DNA of 64,000 nt, from contig JAYZBQ010000018.1 in the NCBI GenBank assembly GCA_036338695.1, positions 816 to 64,815 on the forward strand, read 5' to 3'. Shown one piece after another: positions 27,506 to 36,161 of this stretch (position 1 is its first letter; each line of letters opens with the position of its first letter). This DNA is from Myxococcota bacterium (GTDB lineage: Bacteria; Myxococcota; UBA4151). The position numbers were made by a program, and so were the translations under genes. Under the pieces are notes generated by a model. It saw only the letters and a list, made by a program, of their open reading frames with translations. It ran no database searches and was not told where the DNA came from.

Positions 27506-28572
27506 TCGACAACCTCATTCTCGACCCGTTTCACGGGGGAAGTCACGCCTACGTGACCTCCCTCGTGTCTCGGTTTTTGCCGGGTGTGACGCGTATTGAG
27601 ACCTTGGGCAGCCACCTCTTTAAGTGGCGCATGGGCGTCGCCTCCTTGTGGTTCGCCGACATCATTCAACGCGAAGCGCTCGAGCCCAAGCTCTTGATCA
27701 CCACCGACATGCTCGATCTGAGCCGGCTCAAGGGGCTCTGCGGCGAGCGGTTACACCGAGCACAGTCGGTGCTGATCATGCACGAAAACCAGCTCAGCTA
27801 CCCCCGGCGAGCGAGCGAACGAGAGGACCTCCACCTCGGACTCACCAACCTCTTCTCGTGTTGGGTCGCCGACCTGATCTGGTGGAACTCCCAGCATCAC
27901 TATGACCTGTTCATGGAGCACGCGGAGCGGTTCATCGGGCTCTTCCCTAAACGAGTCCCGAGCGACCTCTTAGAACGCATTCGTGAACGCAGCGTCGTGC
28001 TCGGCTTGCCGCTTGACCTCGACGAGCTGCGCTCGTTTCGTCGCCCAGCAGGCTCGCCACGACCACCGGGGCGGCTCCGGATCGCCTGGAACCACCGGAT
28101 GCAACACGACAAAAACCCAGACCGGCTGTTCGGATGGCTTCACGGGCTCGCTCAGCAGGGCTTGGACTTCGAGCTCCACCTCCTTGGGCCGCGCCATCAA
28201 CCTGCGCCAGAGGTGCTCTCTACGCTCGCAGAGCGCGTGATCGATCATCAGTTCCCCGAGAGGCGACCGTATCTTGAGCTGCTCAGCCGCTGCGACGTCG
28301 TCGTCGCCGACCCGGCGCAGGAGCATTTTGGCCTGAGCGTCGCAGAAGCCGTGCAGCTCGGCCTCTGGCCGATCGTTCGTCACGGCTTGTGTTACCCAGA
28401 GTGGATCCCTGAAGACCTCCATTCGGACTGCCTCTTCTCGAACCAGCGCACCTTTGAGGCGCTCGTGTACGCAGCGGCAGACCAACCGGAGCGCCGCTGC
28501 GAGACGCTCTACGATCGCTTTGCTGCGCCTCAAGTCGTTGCGCAACTTTGCGAGCGGCTCTCGAGCAGGTAA
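27421..28572 (+). CDS. DUF3524 + glycosyltransferase-family-1-like protein (same architecture as eukaryotic tRNA-queuosine mannosyltransferase-type proteins)
   Basis: The conserved DUF3524 N-terminus LILDPFHGGSHAY starts just after the upstream stop. The listed ATG 27421 implies an 85-nt overlap, so the true start is uncertain (possibly non-ATG ~27502). Confidence 0.55.
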   Translation: MVGARDHHVGRSQPDPATAPPPADATQLIDNLILDPFHGGSHAYVTSLVSRFLPGVTRIETLGSHLFKWRMGVASLWFADIIQREALEPKLLITTDMLDLSRLKGLCGERLHRAQSVLIMHENQLSYPRRASEREDLHLGLTNLFSCWVADLIWWNSQHHYDLFMEHAERFIGLFPKRVPSDLLERIRERSVVLGLPLDLDELRSFRRPAGSPRPPGRLRIAWNHRMQHDKNPDRLFGWLHGLAQQGLDFELHLLGPRHQPAPEVLSTLAERVIDHQFPERRPYLELLSRCDVVVADPAQEHFGLSVAEAVQLGLWPIVRHGLCYPEWIPEDLHSDCLFSNQRTFEALVYAAADQPERRCETLYDRFAAPQVVAQLCERLSSR

Positions 28573-28598
28573 CGTCCCGACACCAATCGGAGGTGACC

Positions 28599-30275
28599 AT
28601 GGCTCGATACCTCTTGCTCATCGTTGTGATCAGCGGGGCAGCCTGTGGCGGAAACGAGGGCGGCGGCATCTCGTACGCTGACGCCGGCTTCATCGACCGC
28701 AACGCGCGCGACGCCGGTCCGTGCCCGGATGAGGGCTTTAGCCGCGCTGAAGACGGCCGCTGCCTGTGCAACAACGACTTGGCCTGCGGCAGCGGAAGCG
28801 TCTGTGAGGGCGGGCAATGCCTCGACGGATGCCGGCATGACGGGCACTGCCAAGACACGGAGCAATGCGAGGTTCAAGGCAACAACCCCTTCGGCGTCTG
28901 CGTCAGCGTCTGTCCCAACGGCGACTGCCCCGACTCGTGCGGCAACGACAGCGACTGCCCGGACGGTCAGCACTGCGCTGGACGGTTCTGTGCGCCCAAC
29001 TGTCAGAGCAACACGGAGTGCGCCCAAGGTGAAGCCTGCGTGGCTTCCGGACGCTGCATTCAGGGGTGCCGAAGCGCCGAGGACTGCGGCGGACGCGCAA
29101 CCTGCGAGGAGGCTCAGTGCACCTGCGAGCCAGCGCAAGCCTTCACCGTCGTCGAGGTCGAGGACCAGACCGCCAACGCGGGCCTTCGATCCGGCGATAA
29201 TTTGAGCGTAACCGTCCACGTGCCCAACGTCGACCGCGACCTCCAAGTCGGGCTCATCCTGCGCACGCAAAATGTCAGCCGCGTCGACTTCGCCAACGCG
29301 CAGTGGCAAGGCATGGAGCATGACGGCAACGGCTTTAGGGAGCTTCGTAGCGGCGGCCACGGCGCCATCGTCACCTTCACCGGGCTGGACTCAAGCGTGA
29401 CCTTATCGGCTGTAGCGGGCGCCTCTCGAGCGCCTGTGCGCGTCGACACAGAGCTCGTCATGCTCGGGCAGCAGGGGCAGGAGTGCGCAGCGGTGGTCCC
29501 GAACAGCAAAGGACTCGCTAACCTGCCCGTCGTCGGTGCAGCGAGCAATCTGGCGAACTGCGCCGACATGCACGGCGCCTACATGGTCCAAGTGATGACC
29601 GCTCAAGCGCCGGTTGCGATCAGCGAGTTTGACGGGCGGGCGCGCGACGACATGAGCTGGGCCGGTCAAGACGTGCCGCTGGTCGGGCCGATGCTCCACT
29701 ACTGCATCGACCTGCTCGGCAGCGGCGACCTGGCGCTGAGCTCCGACTGGCGTGGAGAGGCGCCGGTCGCGGTCCAAGGGCAGCTGCTCTTCGAAGCCTT
29801 TGACATGGCGCAGACCGAGGCCTGCCAAAACGCGGGAGACTGCACGCGTCCCGGCGTCCAATCCTGCATCGACGGCCAATGCCGGGAGCGCATCGCAATC
29901 CGAATGGCGGGGGCATCCGAGCGACCGCTGAGAGACCGAGAGCACCGTAACGCCGAGGTCGAGACCACCGGCCCTGAGAGCTGCCTGGACACCTGCGCCG
30001 TCGCCCCCGTCCCCCGGAACAACCCCGCCTGGGGCGCTGGGGACCTCAACCTCACGGGCTTCTTGCGCTGGGGCCAGCGCACCGACCTGCGTATGAGCGT
30101 GCTCGCTACCGGTGATCAAGTGGCGAACAGCGCGCTCTTCTTGCAAACCCGCGAGCTCCCGGAGTGGTGGCTGAGTAAGACCTGCCGATGTGACTTCGGC
30201 AGCGGCGCCATGACCTGCGGCGCGCCGAGCGACCAAGGGCTCGACGCGGCTCGCCGAATCTGCAGCGAAGACTGA
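28599..30275 (+). CDS. Cys-rich secreted lipoprotein (N-terminal EGF-like/Cys-knot-like modules, C-terminal domain unknown)
   Basis: ATG 28599 with GGAGGTGA RBS. Lipobox VVISGAAC. Over 40 Cys in the first ~170 aa, arranged in C-x-C / CxxGxC patterns. Confidence 0.55.
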   Translation: MARYLLLIVVISGAACGGNEGGGISYADAGFIDRNARDAGPCPDEGFSRAEDGRCLCNNDLACGSGSVCEGGQCLDGCRHDGHCQDTEQCEVQGNNPFGVCVSVCPNGDCPDSCGNDSDCPDGQHCAGRFCAPNCQSNTECAQGEACVASGRCIQGCRSAEDCGGRATCEEAQCTCEPAQAFTVVEVEDQTANAGLRSGDNLSVTVHVPNVDRDLQVGLILRTQNVSRVDFANAQWQGMEHDGNGFRELRSGGHGAIVTFTGLDSSVTLSAVAGASRAPVRVDTELVMLGQQGQECAAVVPNSKGLANLPVVGAASNLANCADMHGAYMVQVMTAQAPVAISEFDGRARDDMSWAGQDVPLVGPMLHYCIDLLGSGDLALSSDWRGEAPVAVQGQLLFEAFDMAQTEACQNAGDCTRPGVQSCIDGQCRERIAIRMAGASERPLRDREHRNAEVETTGPESCLDTCAVAPVPRNNPAWGAGDLNLTGFLRWGQRTDLRMSVLATGDQVANSALFLQTRELPEWWLSKTCRCDFGSGAMTCGAPSDQGLDAARRICSED

Positions 30276-30277
30276 GC

Positions 30278-31879
30278 TCAGCGCTCGCAGAATGAGCGCC
30301 GCAAGGCGCTGCACGGGGCGTCATTCCAGCGCCCTGAAGCCACCGACCAGATCTCGGTGCAGTCCTCGCGACCGCCCGTGTCATCGGGCTGCCAGTTGGC
30401 CCAGCGCCTAAAACCGCTGGCGCGACCAGACCACACCCAGGCGTCCTGCTCGTCCTTGTACAAACCGATCCAGTGGGAGCGGCGCTCAGCTGCCGACCAC
30501 AACCGGTTCTGATCATCTTGGTCCATCACCGTCGCGAGGTGGCCTCCCCACGCGACACAGGCAGCCTCTGCGGCGCTCCAACTCACCGTCGTCTCGCACT
30601 TAACCGTCACCGGATCACGCCCCTCAACGAAGCTGCAGTTGGGCGGTGGGTTGAGCACCTCACATCGGTCGGTGCAGCCGTCGAGGTTGTTGGCGTTGCC
30701 GTCGTCACAGGCTTCTCGTCCCGCCCGCACGATCCCGTCGCCGCAGCGTGCGCGACGACAGGCGTTGATGCAGGCGTCGGTGTTGACTCGGTTCCAATCA
30801 TCGCAAGCTTCCACACCGGCCCGAACGTGCCCATCACCGCAGCGTGCGATCACGCAAGTGTTCAGGCAACCGTCAGTCTGGCGCCGGTTTCCATCATCGC
30901 AGGCTTCCACCCCAGCGTGCACAAAGCCATCACCACATCGCGCGGCGCGACAGTCGCTAAGGCATGCGTCGAGTTGATTGGCGTTGCCATCATCGCACTC
31001 CTCAACCCCAAGCTGGACCACCCCATCGCCGCAGCGAGCGACCACGCAGCCAGTCAGGCACGCGTCGGTGTCGGAGTCGTTGCCGTCATCGCAGGCTTCA
31101 ACGCCTTCGTGAAGGAAGCCGTCACCGCAGGTCGCCACCACGCAGTCCTCGACGCACGCGTCCTCGTTCGCATCGTTGCCGTCATCGCAGGCTTCCACCC
31201 CGGCATGAACCGCCCCATCCCCGCAGCGTGCGCGCTGGCAGTTGACGCAGTCATCGCTGTCGTCGTCGTTGCCATCGTCACAGGCTTCACCCGAGGGTAC
31301 ATCCGCCGGAAGGTCCGTCCGAACGATCTGGTCGCCGCAGCGAGCGCGCTCGCAGTTGGAGCGGCAGGCGTCGGTCTCGACATCGTTTCCGTCGTCGCAA
31401 GCTTCAACCCCTCGCCGCACCACCCCATCGCCGCAGCGTGCACGTTGGCAACTCTGCGTGCAGCCATCCGTGTCCACGGTGTTCCCGTCATCACAGGTTT
31501 CGTGCCCTGGTTGTCCCGGCGACAAGTCGGTGCGCACGACGCCGTCACCGCAGCTCGCCGGACGGCAATCGTTCCGGCAGCTGTCTCCGTTGTCCTCGTT
31601 GGCGTCATCGCAGAGCTCGCCTTGGCTCACGATGCCATCCCCGCAGACCACGGCGACGCAGGTGGTCGTACAGGTCGAGCTGCCGAGGGCGCCGTCATCG
31701 CATGCTTCGCCCGGTTCGATGCGCCCATTACCACATTCTTGCGCTGCGCAGACGCCGAACTCGCACAGCCCACCTTGACCGCAGTCGCTGCTCGCTTCGC
31801 AGCGGCGCACACCCCCGAAATCAGCCGACGGCAGACAGCTCGCCGACGCCATCGCAAGCGCTACCACCGCAGCGCGCAT
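30278..31879 (-). CDS. Secreted protein with ~10 tandem Myxococcus-type cysteine-rich repeats (CGDG…CDDGN…C, TIGR02232-like) and a C-terminal C-type lectin-like domain
   Basis: Signal peptide [15 protein letters not shown]. [26 protein letters not shown] occurs 10 times. C-terminal CTLD: WGGHLATV…[18 protein letters not shown]…EDCTEIW…WNDAPC…FCE. The plus-strand overlapping ORF (30473..31978) lacks any such features. Confidence 0.75.
   Translation of the reverse strand: MRAAVVALAMASASCLPSADFGGVRRCEASSDCGQGGLCEFGVCAAQECGNGRIEPGEACDDGALGSSTCTTTCVAVVCGDGIVSQGELCDDANEDNGDSCRNDCRPASCGDGVVRTDLSPGQPGHETCDDGNTVDTDGCTQSCQRARCGDGVVRRGVEACDDGNDVETDACRSNCERARCGDQIVRTDLPADVPSGEACDDGNDDDSDDCVNCQRARCGDGAVHAGVEACDDGNDANEDACVEDCVVATCGDGFLHEGVEACDDGNDSDTDACLTGCVVARCGDGVVQLGVEECDDGNANQLDACLSDCRAARCGDGFVHAGVEACDDGNRRQTDGCLNTCVIARCGDGHVRAGVEACDDWNRVNTDACINACRRARCGDGIVRAGREACDDGNANNLDGCTDRCEVLNPPPNCSFVEGRDPVTVKCETTVSWSAAEAACVAWGGHLATVMDQDDQNRLWSAAERRSHWIGLYKDEQDAWVWSGRASGFRRWANWQPDDTGGREDCTEIWSVASGRWNDAPCSALRRSFCER
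30637..31702 (-). repeat. Intragenic tandem array (~96-120-nt units) encoding the Cys-rich repeats
   Basis: Repeated gatgacggcaacg…/gcaggcttc… blocks, visible as the recurrent CDDGN motif roughly every 32-40 codons. Confidence 0.55.
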
Positions 31880-32718
31880 CAGCGCCCGATCAGGCTGAAG
31901 CCTGCGATCCCAGCGCCCGTCAGCGCAAGACCGGCGCCCCACATGACCCGAGCCTGGGTCTGTGCGCTCGCCAGCTGATCGTAATCCTTCGCCGTCGCCG
32001 TGGCGGGCTCATACTCCTCTTGCGCTGCGCCAAGCACCATGTAGCTGCTCCCAAAGACGGCGAGTCCCCCAACGCTCACGAGCACGGAGCCCCAGCGCAT
32101 CAGCTCATCCTCGCTCATCGGCTGACCTTCCGGTTTGGAGACGCTGGCTCCAGCCGGAACCGTCGCCTTCTTCCAAAGCGAGCGGACCAGCTCAGGCAGC
32201 CCCGTCACGAGCTCCGCCTCGGTTGCGCGCTGGCTCAGCTCTCGTCGCCAGCGCGCCTGCACCCCGACGTCCATGTAGTCGAGGTCCAGCCGATACCCAC
32301 GCGCCTCGAGCGTCAGGCGCGGCGTGATCACAGCGGAGACGCTCAAAAGCGCGCCGAGTTCCAAAAGACACGATGGCGCGCTGCAGTCATTGAGACGCTC
32401 TTGCACCTCGAGCGGCAGCTGGCTCATGACCTCGCCGACCTTGACGATGTTGGGATAACGCCCGTGAGCCTTGAGCGCAGCCGTCAGCTCAACCACTACG
32501 CGCCGAGCCATGTTTGGATCGATGCTCTGGCTCGTCGACAGCTCCAGAACCGCCACCCGTGACGAGGCGCCAGCGGTTTGCGCTTTGGCGGCCTTTGGCG
32601 CTTGCGCTCCGAGCGGCTTGAGCTTGGGAAGGTTCACCAGCTTGGGCGTTGCGGCGGAAACCTTACCCGCCGAGAAGAGCGCCACAGCACAGAGTAGAAA
32701 GGTCGTCACACTCGGCAC
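31879..32718 (-). CDS. Secreted protein of unknown function with a C-terminal hydrophobic (TM-like) tail
   Basis: Signal peptide LLCAVALFSAGKVSA. Its stop overlaps the downstream start (TGATG). 279 aa. The C-terminus GSVLVSVGGLAVFGSSYMVLG…GLALTGAGIAGFSLIG is hydrophobic. Confidence 0.5.
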   Translation of the reverse strand: MPSVTTFLLCAVALFSAGKVSAATPKLVNLPKLKPLGAQAPKAAKAQTAGASSRVAVLELSTSQSIDPNMARRVVVELTAALKAHGRYPNIVKVGEVMSQLPLEVQERLNDCSAPSCLLELGALLSVSAVITPRLTLEARGYRLDLDYMDVGVQARWRRELSQRATEAELVTGLPELVRSLWKKATVPAGASVSKPEGQPMSEDELMRWGSVLVSVGGLAVFGSSYMVLGAAQEEYEPATATAKDYDQLASAQTQARVMWGAGLALTGAGIAGFSLIGR

Positions 32719-32785
32719 CAGTTCGTCTCCACCGATTCTCTACCAAAGTCCGCTCTGCCCGGTAAGGGGGCCAAGACGCTGCGCT

Positions 32786-32983
32786 CTAGTTTCTCTTCGA
32801 GCCCCTCGCGTTCCCGGAGCCAACATCCCAGTGCGGCCGATCCGTGATCCCGTGTAGGTCCGCAAGCCCCGCCATCTCCGCTTCACGCACCGAGGCGCGC
32901 GTCAGCTCCTCATCGCGGCGCTTTAAACCCTTCGCTGTTTTGGTCACGGTGGTCGCCGCACGTTTGGCCTTGGACACGGTCAC
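32786..32983 (-). CDS. Small basic protein (~65 aa) of unknown function
   Basis: GTG at 32983 is preceded by a perfect GAGGAGGA SD (5-nt spacer). The sequence is MTVSKAKRAATTVTKTAKGLKRRDEELTRASVREAEMAGLADLHGITDRPHWDVGSGNARGSKRN. Lys/Ala/Thr-rich N-terminus. Confidence 0.45.
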   Translation of the reverse strand: MTVSKAKRAATTVTKTAKGLKRRDEELTRASVREAEMAGLADLHGITDRPHWDVGSGNARGSKRN

Positions 32984-33054
32984 TGCCCTCCTCCTCAAAG
33001 GGTGCCCTGGCGCATGGGCCTGCGCAACTCACAGCCTCACAATCGACGTTTGAG

Positions 33055-34608
33055 CTAAAGCGCTTTGCCAACCGACGCAGCGACCCACTCCGCGCTCTTG
33101 TGCGCCAGACCATAGATCGTTTGCGACGGGTTGACGCCGAGTGACGTCGGAAACACCGAACCATCCACGATAAACAGGTTCTCCAGCCCGTGGACCTTGA
33201 AGCGCGCATCCACGACCGAGTTGTTTGGGTCCCGCCCGGTCATGCACCCACCCATTTGGTGTGCGCTCACTAAGAAGTGCTCATGCGCTCCGTAGGCGAG
33301 CTGGCTCAACCCCGGGAGGTCGGCCGAACTACGGAGCATGTACGGCTGGCTGTGCAGCGTCATGGCCCAGTCTGCGCCCGCAGCCAGCGTCAGCTCAGCG
33401 AGCTTCCGATGGCTGGTCTTGAACGTGCGCTGCAGCGCCGCTGAGATGGGATAATCCAAGCGCGGCGCCCCGCCCGGTCGCAGCGAGACCGTCCCGCCCT
33501 CATCGCCTGGCGCAAAGCCGTCGATGTGCAGGGCGATCAAGGCGCTAAAATGCGCCAGCTCGGCCATCGCCTCCTGCGCTTGCGCTCCGATTTTTGGGAG
33601 CACCGAGGCGGCGAGCACCGGATGAACAGGCGCCGCCTCAAAGAAGAACCCGACACCACCGGGTTCGGGTTCAACGAACTGGTGGCTCGCCACCGATTGA
33701 GGCGCTCCATAAAACCCGAGCACCGGGTCTTCATAGCGTCCAAGGATCCCGATCACCGGGTGCAAGAAGGTCCGCCGGCCTACACGCCCCTTGGCGTCAA
33801 TACCCGAGCGCAGCAAAAGCGCAGGGCTGTTGATGGCGCCGGCGCTCACAACCACCGTCTTTGCTGCGACGGTCACCTCTTGCCCTGCGGCGCGACCGGC
33901 TGCCGGCAGGTGGGCTCGCCCCCTCACACCGGTCATGCGGGCGCCCTGCCTTTCGAGCCGGTCGACCGGACAGTTGACGACCAGGGTGAGGCCGTCCGCC
34001 AGGGCGTCCGGAAGATACGTCACGTGCATCGCCTGCTTGGCGTCCACCGGGCAGCCCATGCCGCAATAGCCTGAGTTAGCGCAGGCCTTGACGTTGCGCT
34101 TAGTCGGCGCCGCCTGCCAGCCGAGCTTCTTCGCCCCGTCCAACAGCTTCTGGTTGTTGGCGTTGGCGAGCTCAACCGGCCACGGAGCGATGTTGAGGCG
34201 ACCTTCGACCGCGTCAAAGTGCGGCTCGAGCGCTGCGGAGGAAAGCCCTGTCACCCCATGCACCTTCGCCCAATGCTCGAGCACTCGATCTGGGGTGCGG
34301 TAGCACGTGGTCCAGTTGACCGTCGTGCCGCCGCCCGCGACGCGCCCTTGCAAAATGCCGATGCTGCCGTCGCCCGTGAACCGCGTCCCACGGTCTTGGT
34401 ACATCCCCTGAAAGGCGTCCTCTTCACGCAGCGTCAGCTGCTCTTTGGTTACCCAAGGTCCTGCCTCCAGCATCACCACGCGTAAGCCAGCGGCGGTCAG
34501 ACGCGCTGCGAGCACCGAGCCGCCCGCGCCCGACCCGACGATCACCACGTCGGCGTCGAGGGAGAGCGGCAGCTCGAGCTTGGCGGCGTCGATCACGGAG
34601 CCGCTCAT
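33055..34608 (-). CDS. GMC-family FAD-dependent oxidoreductase (large subunit)
   Basis: FAD fingerprint VVIVGSGAGGSVLAARL plus GMC C-terminal motifs. Start reassigned to MSGSVID, giving an ATGA overlap with the small subunit. Confidence 0.85.
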   Translation of the reverse strand: MSGSVIDAAKLELPLSLDADVVIVGSGAGGSVLAARLTAAGLRVVMLEAGPWVTKEQLTLREEDAFQGMYQDRGTRFTGDGSIGILQGRVAGGGTTVNWTTCYRTPDRVLEHWAKVHGVTGLSSAALEPHFDAVEGRLNIAPWPVELANANNQKLLDGAKKLGWQAAPTKRNVKACANSGYCGMGCPVDAKQAMHVTYLPDALADGLTLVVNCPVDRLERQGARMTGVRGRAHLPAAGRAAGQEVTVAAKTVVVSAGAINSPALLLRSGIDAKGRVGRRTFLHPVIGILGRYEDPVLGFYGAPQSVASHQFVEPEPGGVGFFFEAAPVHPVLAASVLPKIGAQAQEAMAELAHFSALIALHIDGFAPGDEGGTVSLRPGGAPRLDYPISAALQRTFKTSHRKLAELTLAAGADWAMTLHSQPYMLRSSADLPGLSQLAYGAHEHFLVSAHQMGGCMTGRDPNNSVVDARFKVHGLENLFIVDGSVFPTSLGVNPSQTIYGLAHKSAEWVAASVGKAL

Positions 34609-35129
34609 GGCGCCGCTCCGAGCTTGGGCGGGCCCGTGTAGCCCATATGCGCCCAGGTCTCCGTGCGGCTCCAATAGGCGCTGTTGATCAGCGCAACGAG
34701 CGCCCGCATTCCGGCTTTGCGCGGCTTGAGCCGGCTCGAGCGCCAGGCAGCAACCGCCGTGAGCCGGTCGGCGGGTTCAAGGGCAGAGAAAGGGGCGGGC
34801 CGCCCATCCAACAAGGCGCCAGCCACCGGGTTCTCGAGCAGGTCAAGGACCAAAGCGAGCTCGCCTGACAGGTCGGGATCGAGCGTTGCGAGCAGTCGAT
34901 CGACCGAGGCGGCGACGCCAGCTTCCTCGGCCGAGGGGAGCTCGGCAGGCCCCCCGACGACCACCGAGGCGAGCGCCACCAACGTGGACCATTGCCTCGG
35001 CGTCAGCGACTTCAAGCCCTCCGGAGGCAAGGGCGCCTGGGGGTCGCGCCGCAGGCTCAGACCCACACCACCCATCACCAACACTGCGCCACCAACCGCA
35101 CCATACTTGAGGAAGACACGCCGTTTCAT
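34605..35129 (-). CDS. Tat-signal small subunit of the GMC oxidoreductase (gluconate-2-dehydrogenase subunit-3-like)
   Basis: Twin-arginine motif KRRVFLKYG. 174 aa. Sits immediately upstream of, and coupled to, the GMC gene. Confidence 0.6.
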   Translation of the reverse strand: MKRRVFLKYGAVGGAVLVMGGVGLSLRRDPQAPLPPEGLKSLTPRQWSTLVALASVVVGGPAELPSAEEAGVAASVDRLLATLDPDLSGELALVLDLLENPVAGALLDGRPAPFSALEPADRLTAVAAWRSSRLKPRKAGMRALVALINSAYWSRTETWAHMGYTGPPKLGAAP

Positions 35130-35138
35130 ATCCGCTCG

Positions 35139-36161
35139 CTAAGGCCTCCCGACCCACAGGGTCACCCGACGCCCGGCGTGCATGAAGCTGAGCACGTCCT
35201 CGAGGTTCCCGTGGGGTCGGCCGACATCCGCCGGTAACAACAAAGCCAGCCGCCATCCTGAGAGCGCGCCGTGAAAGCGAGCGAGGAGGCGGCGGACGAC
35301 GTCGCCTCGGAGCTGATCGCTGTACGGTGGGTGAGCTGCGACCAGCCCGTCTGACGGCAAACCGCTGAGATCCATATCCTCGAGCGGCTTTCGGTGCAGG
35401 CTGATGCGGTCGAGCACGCCGGCGCGCTGTGCGTGATGTCGGCACGAGTCGAAGGCTTCAAACGCTTGGTCACTCGCCATCAAGAGCCCTTCACCGCCCC
35501 GATCAACTGGGGGCGCCTCATCCGCCGGCGGGCTCGGCCACTGGTGAAAGCGCCACGGCCTGAGACGGCTCGACGTTCGCTGCATCAGCGCCGCTTCGAT
35601 CACGAACGCCCCGGGGCCGCAAAAAGGGTCATAAAGCGCCTCGCCGACAGTCCACCCGGCAGCGCGTAAACAGGCTGACGCGTAGTTTTCATCCAGCGGC
35701 GCCGACTGAGCATCGAGTCGATAGCCGCGCTGGTGCATGTCGGCGCCGCTGCAGTCGAGCTCGAGCCCGATCCATTCGGGGGCACAACGCACCTTCAGCA
35801 AGGTCCCACCTTCGCCCTCGGGCGCGTGCTCGTCGACCGCCGCGCGCAGCGCATCGAGCGCGTCGAAGCGCCCCCCGGCGACCACGACCGACAAAGGGTC
35901 TCCTGTCCACCGATAACGAGTCCACTCCACCCCACCGACCTGCCGCAACAGGTCCGCCTCGTGACTAGGCTCACCCTCGACGAGCAGACACCAGACGCGG
36001 CTGGCGATTCGGCTGCGGTGCAGCCGCCCCAGCTGGCTCATCTCGGTCGTCACCAACACCGACCCGGCGCGCACAGCGGGTTGGGTGAAGCCGAGGTCGG
36101 CGAGCTCGTCCGCGAGCAAAGGCTCGAGCCCGTGTGCGCAGGTCAGACGAAAACGCATCAC
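35139..36161 (-). CDS. THUMP-domain class I SAM-dependent RNA methyltransferase (RlmL/Trm14-like)
   Basis: THUMP N-terminal region. SAM-binding [21 protein letters not shown]-type motif AAHPPYSD. Confidence 0.75.
   Translation of the reverse strand: MMRFRLTCAHGLEPLLADELADLGFTQPAVRAGSVLVTTEMSQLGRLHRSRIASRVWCLLVEGEPSHEADLLRQVGGVEWTRYRWTGDPLSVVVAGGRFDALDALRAAVDEHAPEGEGGTLLKVRCAPEWIGLELDCSGADMHQRGYRLDAQSAPLDENYASACLRAAGWTVGEALYDPFCGPGAFVIEAALMQRTSSRLRPWRFHQWPSPPADEAPPVDRGGEGLLMASDQAFEAFDSCRHHAQRAGVLDRISLHRKPLEDMDLSGLPSDGLVAAHPPYSDQLRGDVVRRLLARFHGALSGWRLALLLPADVGRPHGNLEDVLSFMHAGRRVTLWVGRP

Noticed and set aside
29403-30314. 303-aa minus ORF, and other 100-400-aa ORFs (e.g. 1482..2084, 5021..5965, 17551..18222, 18703..19518, 22122..22871, 31438..32562, 36500..37135, 40305..41114, 55068..55724, 56695..57483, 59795..60637, 60483..61361, 61761..62324)
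   Set aside because: All are antisense or out-of-frame overlaps of genes with strong motif evidence. Their compositions (Arg/Ala/Pro/Gly-rich) are typical of non-coding frames in high-GC DNA.
30473-31978. 501-aa plus-strand ORF through the Cys-repeat array
   Set aside because: Generated by the repetitive GC-rich array. Lacks the CDDGN periodicity, signal peptide and CTLD that the minus-strand frame has.
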